Positions 41,959 to 55,994 of a stretch of 64,000 bases of DNA are shown piece by piece. The notes beneath the pieces are model-generated. The model made no database searches. It saw only the letters and a list, made by a program, of their open reading frames with translations, and was not told the origin of the DNA. Each line of letters starts with the position of its first letter. The stretch's first letter is position 1. The position numbers and the translations under genes are program-made. The stretch spans positions 60,760,001 through 60,824,000 of the forward strand of contig OX597825.1 in the NCBI GenBank assembly GCA_951406725.2. Direction: 5' to 3'. Source of the DNA: Octopus vulgaris. Taxonomy: Eukaryota.

Positions 41959-43345
41959 TGATTGTGGTTGTCTTCGTTGTTACTGATGCTGCACTTCTAG
42001 ACGTCATTTTTCGTTGTTTTTCGTTTTGCACAGGCCAGTTGCCGTTGAGCGAGCGGAACAATGATTAAAAGCGTTCCTCTTATGACAAACCCATAATTTA
42101 TCTAGGAATATCATATCCACGTTTCTGTTTTCTTTTGATGTAGATCACAGCGTGTAATTTGATGTTAATTTATATAGTATTTACACACGGTGGGTCGAGT
42201 AAGGACGAATATTAAAGAAGTTTGCTTCGCAGCCGTGTGGTCTGGATTCTGATTCTACTATATGGCAATATTGAGAAAGGGTCACCTCTTATACCCGCTG
42301 GTTAAACCGGGTGGTTATAAAATATATAGTAGTCTATTGACGAGATTGTGTCAATAATACTAAACGTATCCTAGTCATTCTGTATCGCGCTGATTCTTCT
42401 GAACTTTACGATACACATCCATAAGAAATGCGCAACCACGTAAACGCTAGCTCAGGAGCAGGTAATTAAGCTACTCGAGCAATTACATCCTCGTTGCCGC
42501 ACGACGGAGATCTACTAGCGTGTAACTCTAGAGAATAATGTGTGTACACAAAAAGTATAAAAACCACCCTATATGTATGTTTGTATTTGATATATATTAT
42601 TGAAATATTTCCATAGGTATTCCAATATCTTATATCATCAATGTTGATACAGTACAGTGGCGTTTGAGAGAATTGACACCAGCAACATCTTATAATCAAT
42701 TTTCTCGAATTTGCTCCTGTGCAGTCTTTCATGTTTGTAACTATTTAAAAGAAATCAGTCTAACCATAACTCTGTGGGTGTGTGTATATATATATTGGAA
42801 GAAATGAGGTAATCAGAAGATCGGATGGTTTAAATTTACAGATATTTATTTATATATTACATTTTTATATATATATATATCATATCACTTAGATCATTAG
42901 CGCTTTCTCCCTTTCTAGTGGGGATTTCAAATCAAAGTATGGATGGATAGATGGATGGACGGATGGATGGATGGATCAAACAGTTTGAATCAACATCCCT
43001 GGTACGTTCAAGCGTGATGCCAGTCTTCAGCCTTTGGAATTAGAATGAGAGGTCGATAGGAGGAAATCATAGTTGTTCTACCAGACGTTAGCCTGTGCTT
43101 GGTTGAGGAATATCACGCGGTTTCACAGTTTGATTTTGGTATTTCAGCGACAGCAATTACTTGGAAAATACCGTAGTGTGAAATCGACCACGAGGTGAAG
43201 AGGAAATCAATCGCGAAGTTGGGTGGGAGGAACGTAAGAAGAAGCGGTATATGTGCGAGTATATGCGTATATATGAGGGTGTGTGTGCATAGGTGTACAG
43301 TAACACATCCGCACATATACACACACCCACGCATCCACGCGCTCG

Positions 43346-43602
43346 TTTATGGAAGACCAGCCTTCACCCGTGCATATCGGTGTCCCTTCTCAACGCCACT
43401 AACGTTGTTCAAGGCAGAGGGCAAAAGCCGATACAGCTTGGCACCAGTGACGTCGCAACTGATTTCTACATTTGAATGAACAGGAACAACGCAAAATAAA
43501 GTGTCTTGTTCAAGAAAACAACAGACAGCCCGGTTCCGGGAATCAAACTCACTACCTCCTGATTGTGAGCCCAACGCTCTAACCACTGAGCAATGCGCCT
43601 TC
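43346..43602 (-). mobile_element. SINE family B
   Basis: Reverse complement of 48368-48620: 'gatacagcttggcaccagtgacgtcgcaact...aaataaagtgtcttg...ctctaaccactgagc'. Confidence 0.9.
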
Positions 43603-44329
43603 ACATACACATACACTATAATATCGAACAACGAGAATGCGACCTCAATACCACAGTGATGGATAAATATACTTTTATTTATGAGTTAACGCGGCTACCA
43701 TTGTTTTTTTTTCCAAGAATTCTCAGCAATTATCAAGCCTGCCAAATTGGTGCATTATTACTTGACTTCCAGTATGGTAGATTTGATAAACGCTGAATAT
43801 TTTCGGTATGAAAGCAATACTAGTTTTGTTAAGCCACCGATAAAATATAAATATATATATAGGTGTGTGTGTATGTGTCTATATAAATGTGTGTGTCTAT
43901 ATAGACATATATTTATGTATATCAATGGCGAATTTATATTTATATGTATAGATATATGCATTTGTATCTGAGCGGGAAATTTATATTTATTTAACCACGT
44001 AACATCGAGTTCACAACCACTTCACCGTGTTCTACATGTAGTATTAAATTTGGTGAGGAAATTATGCTTATATGCTTGCATAATATGTATGTTCGGTGTG
44101 ATATACAATTTTACAAATATAGTCAATGCAAAAAAAGAAAGCTAGCTCATCAGATCTCTAAAATATCACACAAGCATATAAATTATTAAGCAACATAAAT
44201 TCTTGCTTTATTAAAAGCCTCTAGGGGACGTGTCTTAATTATCAATTAAGACTAGCTATATTTAAAAAGCGGGCATAGCTTAAGAATATAAATTCTCCAA
44301 AATGGACATGCCGTTAACTGAAATGAAAT

Positions 44330-44376
<47 letters not shown>

Positions 44377-44928
44377 GCTGCTGCTGCTACTTCTGAAGCG
44401 TGATTGAGGCTCATCTGTAATTAGCACGAGAATCGTTCTAACTTACATATAGAAGCCAGGTACTTAGACATATAGAAAGTGAGTTGAATACGTTTATATT
44501 CTAGGTACATTGTATGATTTAAACAACGAGTTAAGAAAAATAACTCAGTATGGCCAATTAAACAACAGACAAATACAGGCAAATCAAATACCATACAACA
44601 AATTTCGTAATATATTACAATTACCTGTATCTCCACCTCTACGGGGTGTGTGTTAATTACAAAATAGCAATTAAAACAGGCCCCATTTGAAACGGGTCTA
44701 TAACTTCAGGAATCAATTTCTTTTTTCAAAAAATGTACATGTGATTATGGAAGAGTCGTGATACGTGATTTAGTCTCAATAGTCGTCATTAGCACAAAAA
44801 TCATCCTAACTTATCTGCAGTAGCCAAAGGAGTTAGGTTTATCCCCCAAAAGAATTTATATATATATATATATTTGTGTGTATGTATTATAAGTTTGAGT
44901 GTGTGTTTTCTTGTATACAATTGTATGC

Positions 44929-44992
<64 letters not shown>

Positions 44993-44995
<3 letters not shown>

Positions 44996-45625
44996 CGTCA
45001 CTAATGTGAACAAGGGCGCTAATCAACACCAGTATTGTTAGAAATAAAAGTCATGAAACTCATAGCCTCAAAAAGCACTATCTTAATGAGCTGACAACGG
45101 AGACAAGCCGTGCTCCCTACAGTCGCAGATAGAGTTAGATCACCAATGATTTCACATCCTGATGTTTAACGCATCTTAGTGCTCATCATTGGCGCACACC
45201 ATGCCTAGCATTAAACTCATCTCGCTTTGTCAGCTTATAAGATCTCTGTTGAAATAATATGCTGATTTTATAAACAGTAGTGTGAGAATTATAAATGATA
45301 CGGGAAGCTAATTCGCAATTTCATACCTTAAAGGCAGAAATATATACGTCACTAAAGTGAACAAGGGCATTAATCATCACCAGTATTGAATATTAAGAAA
45401 TGTTAAGCATCAGAATGCGAACTTATGGGCAATCTAGCCCTATCTGCCACCGTAGGGGACTTGTTTCCTTTGTCAGCTCATCAAGATGATGCTTTTTGCG
45501 CCAGTTCAGTTGTTTTGACTCTTATTTCTACCAATAGTGGTGCTGATTAGTAATTTTTGTCACTTTAGTGACGTTATATTTCTACCTTTAGATTATAAAA
45601 TATCGAATTATCTACCCATATTATG
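44993..45625. mobile_element. composite inverted/direct repeat element (PLE pseudo-LTR-like)
   Basis: 44993-45180 is inverted at 45393-45575; 'tacgtcactaa.gtgaacaagggc..taatca.caccagtattg' repeats directly at 44993 and 45345; 45295-45390 is inverted at 45530-45625. Confidence 0.75.
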
Positions 45626-45652
45626 TATGTATGTATGTATGTATGTATATAT

Positions 45653-45726
<74 letters not shown>

Positions 45727-45759
45727 CATATATATAAAACATACTGCCATCTTCACTAG

Positions 45760-46120
45760 ACCAGCTTATCCTGTCTCTTTCATAAGCTGTCTCCTTAAGC
45801 GTTCAGAATAATTTTTTCATCGTCTTAGCTTAAGAGCCCTCGTCCTTTGTTTTTACTGTTTTGTTCTTACTGCATTGTTCTTGTTACTACTTTTCCCCTC
45901 CGCAAAACATCCCAAATTATATTTAATTTGCTTTGCGGGAAGGATCGTTACAACGAAGTCGTGTCTTGTCCTTACCTTCGTAACGCAGATAGATTAAACA
46001 GGAACAACTGAGAAAGGGGAATATTCCTTGTGTTGTATGTCTTGTACTCTATTTTTTTTTCGTTGTTTGAAAAAATGTTCGTTTCTATGTTTTTGTTTTT
46101 ATGTTTTCGTTTCACATACA
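45760..46120 (+). mobile_element. family E element
   Basis: Colinear with 21270-21620 ('cctgtctc...ttttactgttttg.tcttactg...ccctccgcaaaa...ttaatttgctttgcgggaagga'). Confidence 0.8.
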
Positions 46121-47233
46121 CACACACATATATATATATATACATAAATGGATAAATTGAAAAGTATATATGTGTGTCTCTCTCTCTATATATATACACA
46201 CGCTCAAAATGCTCGTGCACACACAAATACACGCACACACGCGCGTGCGGTCAAAACACAACAGCAATTGAATGAGCCATGTGGGGGAAAACATAAACCT
46301 CAACCAGCTGCCAACTTAGGAGAACATATCACACAACTTAATACCTTTTCAAGCGAAGCACTTACGTAAGTTACTGCAACTGCCTTTCTCTCACCTGACA
46401 ACAGAAGAAACTTTTGCTTTATAGAAAGAGTAAATAATTGTCATTCATTAAGTAAACATAAGATTTAACAATAAACGAATATTTTTACCGAGTATACATT
46501 TATATCCCTCTTACATTACGAAAGAAAATCATTTTGATAATTTCATCTGATGACAATTTGTTAAAGTCTACAAAAACTGTAAATATACATTATGTGTAGA
46601 ATTGCACAGTGTGAGAATAGTTGCCAGTAAATAATAATATAATAAGACGCCATTTTAAAAGGGGAAAATACTGTGACAGACGAACAAACTGTCTGTAAAC
46701 TTATTGTCATTATTTTTCTGTCTGAAATTAGTGCAAATATTACTTAATATAATTTACTCTCAGACATTAACTAATAATTAGAACAAATAATTATTCGGTT
46801 TCCTAACGTGACACATCCTATCACTTGTCATTATTTACGAAGTGTTTATATCTTGTATAGTATACTTGGTATAAAAACTGCTTATATAACAGGAATTGTA
46901 ATTGGTGATGAAGTATTTTCATTATGCAAGCTATTTTCCGCATGAAAATAAGAAATTAATTAGTTTAAATTGTAAACAACGAGTTTTTTATATTGTCATT
47001 ACCAAATTTTCAAACGCGCCATTGTGATTTCCTTTAATTTTTTTCACTCACTCTCTTTGTTATCACTCATTAATGTGTGTGCATGTGTATATGTGTATTT
47101 ATATGCGTGTGCTTGTGTGTGTTTTTGTGTGGGTGTATTTGTGTGTGTGTGTTTGCGCGCGCGCGCGTGTGTGTGTGTGTATCGTTTGCAAGTATCTGTG
47201 GCTAAGAACGAATCTTAACACAGCTCGCCTGCT

Positions 47234-47300
47234 ATTTACGCTTTTACTCCTTTACTCGATTCAGTCATTTGACTGCGGCCGTGCTGGAGCACCGCTTTTA
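47234..47300 (-). mobile_element. SINE family A 3' tail fragment
   Basis: 'ttttactcctttactcgattcagtcatttgactgcggccgtgctggagcaccgc'. Confidence 0.85.
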
Positions 47301-47639
47301 AAAATTGCTGTTAAACATTGCTTAAATTTATATCTAGCAATGAAATTTATCTCAGCATACGGTGCTTAGTGGATACTTGCCTCTGGTTTCCGCACAAATA
47401 CGCAAGAATTGCGGATCTAGCGATTCCACTGCCGCAGCTGGAAGATTTCCGTTTGTTATCGATACTGTTGTGCTTTTTAACACTATACGAGTATACGAGA
47501 TACATTCTGGAAAGAAATACAGCAGTGTTGTAGCTTTCTTACAACAAATCCAGTTAAATATATATATATATGACTTTTCTATTCCTGAGCGTTATACTAA
47601 TACATCTGTTTGTTTTGTACACCACTTGTCTTCGTCTTT

Positions 47640-48335
47640 TGTTTTTTCGTAAACTCTCCCTATATATATATAGCAAATGAAAGAAGAAGATGGAATATAC
47701 GAGAATTTATTATTAATCACGACAGTAGTTTCGACACATTAAGCATCGATTCCTCTTGGGTGGAACATTCAACAACTGGTTCAGGAGCATCCGGTGGTGC
47801 AGATGTATCTCGTCGGGTGATAGATAAATGCAACTCGTTAAAATAACTGTTCCGCAATGTAACTTTCCGTTTTGTAGAGAGAAAAGCAGCCAGACGGAGG
47901 AAATATATTCATTTATATAGAAAATCAAAAATATAATCACAGATGACAAAAAGAGAAACTAACACGCAATCCAACGAGAAAAGTATTTAAAATAACCGTT
48001 AATAAGTATAGATGTATAAATGCCCTCGTGCAAGCGGCATGGCGCGAGTACACTCGCTCATACAAGCGTCCGCAAAAATCTGAGACTTGTGTTACTATCG
48101 TAACGAGTCTGCTTCATATAGTTCTTCAGTTTGTTGATAAAGAGGGCCTCCGTGATACTGAGATTGCCCCTGTTGCGTTGGGTGGAGCAGATGGACACCT
48201 TAATATCCTGGATCTGACGCTTGTTGAAGTATTTTATGATTGAAGTGTCTGTGCGCATATGTTCTTTTATTCGTATGTTGTCAACTAATTATTATTAGGA
48301 AAACTTTGCTGCATCAAAGGGCCCATACAGGTAGC
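47640..48335 (-). mobile_element. decayed Penelope-like element 3' end: GIY-YIG remnant + pseudo-LTR with hammerhead
   Basis: RIKEHMRTDTSIIKYF...LSITEALFINKLK (48058-48275) matches the GIY-YIG C-terminal pattern; a hammerhead lies downstream in sense orientation. Confidence 0.75.
47716..47821 (-). ncRNA. hammerhead ribozyme motif with long stem II insertion (one core substitution)
   Basis: AUCAC-CCGACGA-GAUACAU(~63 nt)AUGUGUC-GAAAC-UACU-GUC^GUGAU; 5-bp stem I, 7-bp stem II, U4->C. Confidence 0.8.
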
Positions 48336-48367
48336 CTCACAAATATATTTACATATATATACACACA

Positions 48368-48700
48368 CATGACTCAGTGGTTAGAACGTCAGGCTCACAA
48401 TCGTTAGGTAGTAAGTTTGATTCCCGGATAGGACTGTGCATTGTGTTCTTGAGCAAGGCACTTTATTTCACGTTGCTCCAGTTCATTCAGCTGTAGAAAT
48501 GAGTTGCAATGTCACTGGTGCCTAGCTGTATCTGCTGTTGCCTTTCCCTTGGATAACATCGGTGGCATGGAGAGAGGAGACTGGTATGCATGAGCAACTG
48601 CTGGTCTTCCATAAACAATCTTACCTTGGCGGGAAACTTTGTAGTTTCAATCCCATGGTCCTTCATGACCGGAAGGTGCCTTTACCTTTTACCCTTTACA
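48368..48700 (+). mobile_element. SINE family B, full length
   Basis: A box tgactcagtgg, B box agtttgattcc, CORE-like 'gtgttcttgagcaaggcacttt', tail (tttacc)n. Confidence 0.92.
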
Positions 48701-49213
48701 CACTCGGTCTGTTACACCTCCACGCATGTATATCTCTTTATACTGTGTGTATATGTTTGTGTGCCTTCATAGTATACGTATATGCATATGTGCATGTGTG
48801 TGTTTACGTACGTGTGTATTTATGTATGTGTGTATTTATGCACATATTTGTTTATGTGCATGTGTGTTATGAGTACTTTGTAAAGTACTTGCAATGTCGG
48901 GAGGTCCTGTTGGATAGTCGACCAACTGAATTACTTAGTCTTGAGTTCGTGTCTAAGTGGATGAGCATTCCACAGTTAGGTGTGATATAGAGAGTGACAT
49001 GGCTGCACCGTTTAAAATTACAGGTATAATCTATCAGAAGGAATTCTAATCACTTTCGATGAAACCAGTTTTAGTTATTAGTACTGGAACAACACGATTC
49101 CATAGAAAACGTCCATTCTTTCAGAGATGGTACGCATTGTATCGAGCCCGGGTTTCTCTGTCATTCGAGTCTACAGCACCTACACATACACGCACACACG
49201 CGCAAACACACAC

Positions 49214-49249
<36 letters not shown>

Positions 49250-49251
49250 AC

Positions 49252-49487
49252 TTTAGTTGAGCAAATCTACCCCAGGGCTTATTCTTGGTAAGCCTAGTGC
49301 TTATTCTATTGGGCTCTTTTGCCGAACCGCTAAGTTACGGGTACATAAATACACTAGCATCGGTTGTCAAGCGATGTTGGGGGGGGACAAACACAGACAC
49401 ACAAACATATACACACACATAAATATATATACATGTATACGACAGGATTCTTTCAGTTTCCGTCTACCAAATCCACTCACAAGGCTT
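49252..49487 (-). mobile_element. SINE family A central fragment
   Basis: 'tttagttgagcaaatc...ttttgccgaaccgctaagttacgg...ctaccaaatccactcacaaggctt'. Confidence 0.9.
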
Positions 49488-50614
49488 GTGTATGAGTGTA
49501 TATGCGAGTGTTTAAAGAAATAGCATCTAATGGTGAAATATATTTTACTCTTTGGGAGGTGGGTGCTCCTAATATCCCATATTTTTCTTTCTTTTCATTT
49601 TAATTTTCTGAAGCGATAGGTTAATGTCTTTAAAGACCGTGTTGAAAAATATATACGCATGTATTTCTGTATACAAATACATATATTCATAAATGTATAT
49701 ATACAAAGAGGTTGAGCGAGAGAGAAAGGAAATTGTGAACCAAAGAAGAAAGTTATGCTACAGATAGGCTTTACATATATTATGATAATGAATTATCAAC
49801 TGTTATATAGCCTACATTAATTTGGCAACAGCTTGTGTGTGAGTATGCTAATCTACTAACTGCTGGTCTAAAAATTGACGTCGTTGCATGAGGGTCGGTT
49901 GATATATTACTGTGACCACACGGATTTTGTACTGCTATTTCAAATATACCAGAGACCGGTGTAGGTGTTGTAGAAAAGTTACTTGAATAGGGTTCCATAC
50001 TTGAAGAGGATTCCATAAGTTATTACTGCGCTCGTAGTTAATGTAGAAATATTGAACTACTGGAATAAATGGTTTGCCTAGAGGGGAAAACTAACATCAG
50101 CGTGAAGTATGAGAATGATTTCGCTGACTCGCTCTGAGCGTAATTCTACAATGCAAAAATAATGTATTATCATCTATACTACACTGCACTTTAATGTTAT
50201 ATACACACACGAACCAAAAACAAGCACGTACATATGCACAAAGTGACACAAATATACACACATGCACACATATACACCCATTACAAATACATTACAATAT
50301 CTCAAGACTCTAGCGTTGCAATGCACTATTTTTCTATGTGTGTGTTTCACAAAATTATTTACAAGAAAAATAAAACGGTAACATTATCAACAACATCGCC
50401 ATCATGTACAAGAAAAATAACTTCTGTAACGGCAGTCACGGTATCATTTGGTAACTATTTTCCGTAAGTTCGATGTTATTAAGACCTAGAAACGGAAATT
50501 ACCTCCGTAACAGTCATCTAAATTGGACATTGGTGACGATAAAACAAACCTATTTCGCCACCATATTTGTTTTTGCTTATTATTGTATTGTTTTTGGTTA
50601 ACTCGTTGTCTATG

Positions 50615-50695
50615 AGATGGCGATGCAAATTACATAGATGGTGCTGTAAATAACGTAGATGGCGTTTTAAATTATGTAGATGGCGCTGAAAATGT
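50615..50695 (+). repeat. minisatellite, 4 x 21 bp, each unit beginning AGATGG(C/T)G
   Basis: agatggcgatgcaaattacat / agatggtgctgtaaataacgt / agatggcgttttaaattatgt / agatggcgctgaaaatg. Confidence 0.85.
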
Positions 50696-51052
50696 CTCTA
50701 CTCATTCTGTCTGGTAACGTTAAATAGATAGATGAGTAAAGGAAAAGACAACAGAATGGAAGCAACATTTTATCAAGACAAGATGGCGTATTTCATAGCC
50801 AGGCAACAAAGTTAACTGTGGATGGAACAAATCACGTTTAATGCAGTATCTTACCTTCCACCAAATGTTACCGATTCAGAAGTAAATTTACTTTTATTTC
50901 AATCGATTTCGAAGAGAGAAGAAACCCGCCATTTTAGTAGAGAAGTGTGACATGTGGAATTTATTTTTTTTTACATTATTTTTGTTATTACGCTACCTAC
51001 TAGCTGACCTACCAACCAATCTACCGACCAAACTACATACCCATTCATCTTA

Positions 51053-51118
<66 letters not shown>

Positions 51119-51143
51119 CTTTCTATCTATTCATCTCTCTCTT

Positions 51144-51203
<60 letters not shown>

Positions 51204-51215
51204 TCTCTCTTTCTT

Positions 51216-51248
<33 letters not shown>

Positions 51249-51308
51249 GTATATATATTTATATATATATGTGTATATATATGTGTGTATATATATGTGT
51301 GTGTGTGT

Positions 51309-51382
<74 letters not shown>

Positions 51383-52207
51383 CTATCCCCGCTAACATTA
51401 ACAGGCATGTATGTATATATGTATTTGTGTGTGTGTATGTGTATTTCCACATTTTATCTTCCTGTACCTTTATAGCTACTTTCGTTATTTGCTTCTATCT
51501 GTCCTTCTATCTCCACACTCCAAACTATATGAATATATATATTTAAAAAATATTTCTACTCTCTTCTTATCATATACCTCAATATATTTCTGTCTTCCTG
51601 ATTAGAAGTTACATCCTTATATCTCCTCTCTCTCTCTCACTCCTTCTAATTTAATATTTTTTTATCCGTTTCTTATCTGTATACTTTTATCGCTCACCCT
51701 CTGTCACACTTCTGTGTAACACTATTTCTGTGTCTAAGTTTCTCTCTATCTCTGCGTGTCTCTCTGCCTCTCTGTCTCTCTCACCTAACTCTCTCTCTCT
51801 TTTTATCTTTTCTCTCTTACTCTCTGTTCTCGCCTGTGTCTGTGATCCAGTCATTATTTCACTATATATCTCTCTATCTCTGTCCTTGGTTCCCCTCTCT
51901 CACTAATTCCTTAGAACTTTTACTGTATCTTTCTCTTACTACCTTCTCTTTGTATCAATTGATTTTTTTCACCTTCTTTTCTTTCTTACTCTTCATTCGA
52001 TATATGTGTTTATATTCCCTTCGGTTATACTTCCTGTTGCTATATGCTTGCCATATATTATCTTTATCAGTCTCTATCATTCTGTATCGTTCTGACCTTG
52101 TTTTTCTGTCTCCTCATTCTCTTTCTCTCACTCTGACACGCAGTTGCTCTATTTCTTTCTCTTATATTTTCTTTGTCCCCCTCTATTTAATTTTTTTATC
52201 TTTTTTC

Positions 52208-52243
<36 letters not shown>

Positions 52244-52341
52244 GGTCCTCTCTCACTCGCGGTTATATATCTAATATAATGCAATGAATATAAATTCATA
52301 TATACATATTACGATATATATACATAGACATACACACACAC

Positions 52342-52423
<82 letters not shown>

Positions 52424-52656
52424 GTATATATATATATGCAGACAAATATTTATAAATACATAGCTGTATACACATATATAAGTACAGAATTAAACGTATA
52501 TATGAATGCATATAAAATACATAGATACAGACATACATATATATATTATATATGTATATATTTACTTAATGATCCATCCATCCAGCCAGCCAGCCAGCCA
52601 ACAATCCATCTATCCGTCCTTATGTCTGTCTGTCAATCTATCTGTCTATCTATCTA

Positions 52657-52722
<66 letters not shown>

Positions 52723-52724
52723 TA

Positions 52725-52771
<47 letters not shown>

Positions 52772-53105
52772 ATAGGCAGATAGATTGATACATACATACA
52801 TACATACATACATACATACATACATACATACATACATACATGAATACGTACATGAATACGTACATACATAGACAGGCAGACAGATACTTAGATAGACGTC
52901 ACATACTCTCCAGTCACACCCTCACTTTCTCTTACTCTCTTATTATCCAGCTGACTTCTTCTATAGAATGAACCTATCAAAGCAGAAAGATATGAATTTA
53001 GTTAAGCAGCGTGAGGGTATTGAACCTGAATGTAATAAACACCGATTTTAGCAGACACCGCAGTGGGTGTCACTTCCTCAAGAGAAACTAATGGCAAGTG
53101 TTAGA

Positions 53106-53719
53106 CTAGCTATTGTTCCTCTGCTTGTTATGATTGTTGGGAGGATGATAATGATGACGACGATGAAGTGGAGGAGGAGGAAGGAGGAAGACAGCGAAGG
53201 TGAAAGATAGTGCCGTGTTGTGGTGGTGGTGGTGGTGGTGCTGGCGCTTGGAGGACGTAATGACGATGAAAGGGAAGACGAAAAAGAAATGCTTTATCGC
53301 CGTCGTAGTTGTGATAATGAGAGTAGTGGCTTTGGTGGTGGTTGTGAGGTGGATGATGACGATGACGGCGATGAGGACAATGATGACGATGATGGTAATG
53401 GTGATGATGATGATGAGGAGGGGGAGGAGGAGGAGGAGGGGGATGATGATGATGATGATGATGATGAGGATGATGATGACGATGATGACGGTGATGACAA
53501 CGACGATGAGAAGGACGAAAATGACGATGATGGGTATGATCATGAAGAGTAGGTGGAGGAGGTGGAGGAGGAAGTGCCTTATCGTCGTCCTAGTGGTGAT
53601 GACGGCAGTGGTGGTGTTCATCGTCGTTATGAGGTTGATGATAATGGCGATTATAATAACGAGAAGAAAGACGGTCACAATGCTGGCTATAACGATGATG
53701 ATGATAACGATGACGATGT

Positions 53720-53754
<35 letters not shown>

Positions 53755-55761
53755 GTGACGTGGATTAGTAATAGTGGTACGATGACGACGATGATGAGAA
53801 GTTATATGAGTGAGGAGAACGATGGCGAGGCGGTTGAGTGGTACATGGTCCTTGATACGGTGAAAATGATGATGATGATTGTGATTGTGCTGATAACGAT
53901 GAGGTTGGAGAGAGAAGAGGACAGAAACGACGATTATGATGATTATGATGACGACTAGGAAGGAAAGATGGAAGAGATGGTGGAAGGTGATGCAGATACG
54001 ATACAATGATTGTTAATGATGTTAAGAAAAGGTTTAATACAACGATGATTAGGTTTAGTGGTGGCGGCGATGGCAGTGCTGGGGATGATGGTAGGGCCAG
54101 TGATACTAGTGGTGGTGGTGATGGCTATAGTAGCGGTGGTTGTGTTGTTTGTGGTGGTATGGGCGGATGATGCTGGTGGTGGCAGCAGTGGTTGTTGTAA
54201 TGATTGAGATGATGGTGGTAGTAGTAGTGGTGGTGGTGGTCGATAGCGCTGGTAGCGACAGCATTGGCAGTTGTAGTGATTGTGGTGTGCTGAAAGTGGT
54301 AGTAGTGGTGGTGGTGGTGGTGGTGGTAGTGGTGGTGGTGGTAGTAGTGGTAGTGGTGGTGGTGGTGGTGGTGGTGGTCGTCGTCGTCGTCGTTGTCGTG
54401 GTGGTGGTGGTGGTGGTGATGGTGGTGGTGTTAGCTGAGGTGGCGTAATGGTTCTCGTTGTGATGGTTGTCCAGAAAAAGAATTTGAGATTTAGCCGAAG
54501 ATCTGCCCAAGCAGAGCTGATATGGATTAAAGGCTCTCCAGTCGTGACTATTCCATCTTTTAGAAATAGTCTACCTTGGTTATTTATTAGACGGGGGGAG
54601 TTAGATACCATTAGGATAGAATTAATTTGAAATAATGAGTAGGGAAAAGCGAGACGAAATAAGGACAGAGAGAAATGAGGAGAAATGTGTAAATACATCT
54701 ACGTGTGCTGCGATACCAGAGAGAGAGAGGGGAGGCAGCGAGACATAGAAACAGAGTGAAAGTGAGAGATTTGGCTGCCTTTTCTAGGAAGCCGTGCAAC
54801 CACAATGTAGTTGCTTAGATGGCTCGATGATGGTACTCTCGATGTTAATGTGCTGGAATGCACTGATTTTCAGGATCAGGACGTATGAAACGATTACAGC
54901 AATCATCTTCATCATAATCGCCATCACCACCATCATCATCATCGTCGTCATCGTCGTCGTCAAGATCATCAGCAATATGATCATCATCACCATCTTCTTT
55001 CATCATCTCCTCCTCCTTCTCATCATCATCATCATCATCATTATCATCATCATCTTCACGATCGTCATCATGATCGTCATGATCTTCATCACAATCTTCC
55101 TCCACCCCATTATAATCATAGTCATCATCATCATCATCATCATCACCATCATCATCATCGTCGTCATCGTCGTCGTCAAGATCATCAGCAATATGATCAT
55201 CATCACCATCTTCTTTCATCATCTCCTCCTCCTCCTTCTCATCATCATCATCATCATCATTATCATCATCATCTTCACGATCGTCATCATGATCCTCATG
55301 ATCTTCATCACAATCTTCCTCCACCTCATTATAATCATAGTCATCATCATCATCATCATCATCACCATCATCAACATCGTCATCGACGTCACCACTACGC
55401 CGGCCGGCCTGCCACCACCATCATCATCATCACCGCCACTGCTGATATCATCCATATTGATGTTGCTTTCGCCCTCTCATTCTAGGCGGGATGATTTTGA
55501 ACAAACACGCTTCAGTCTTTACAATATCACCGCTGGTTACAAGAGCTTCTATGCTATTGTTTGACCTAGTAGAAATAACAGCTAAATTTCAATCAAATTA
55601 CACCCAGCCGTCTTAAACAGAGCAAGTGCGAATTAGAGGGTGAAACAGTCGTTGTTAAAATCAAATTGCAAGACTGCCATGTCTAATGGTGTTCACAATG
55701 ATTTTGTTTAACCAGAGCTGACCTTAGGGGAATAAATTACAATAGCCACACCGACAACGAT

Positions 55762-55856
<95 letters not shown>

Positions 55857-55962
55857 ATAATAATAATAATAATAATAATAATATTAATAATACTACGACC
55901 ACCACCATTACTACTACTACCACCGCCATCATCACCACCACTACTACTACTACCACTACCCT

Positions 55963-55994
<32 letters not shown>

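Noticed and set aside
42005-42100. Strong + strand acceptor-like site (also at ~32478)
   Set aside because: Reading frames stop within ~20 codons and no donor partner is evident; pyrimidine tracts are ubiquitous here.
47610-47846. Protein-like + strand ORF (NERRRWNIREF...) after an AG
   Set aside because: Better explained as the antisense of a hammerhead-containing PLE pseudo-LTR.
50615-50695. Regularly spaced repeats as a CRISPR array
   Set aside because: Units are contiguous 21-mers without unique spacers; the context is eukaryotic and there are no cas genes.
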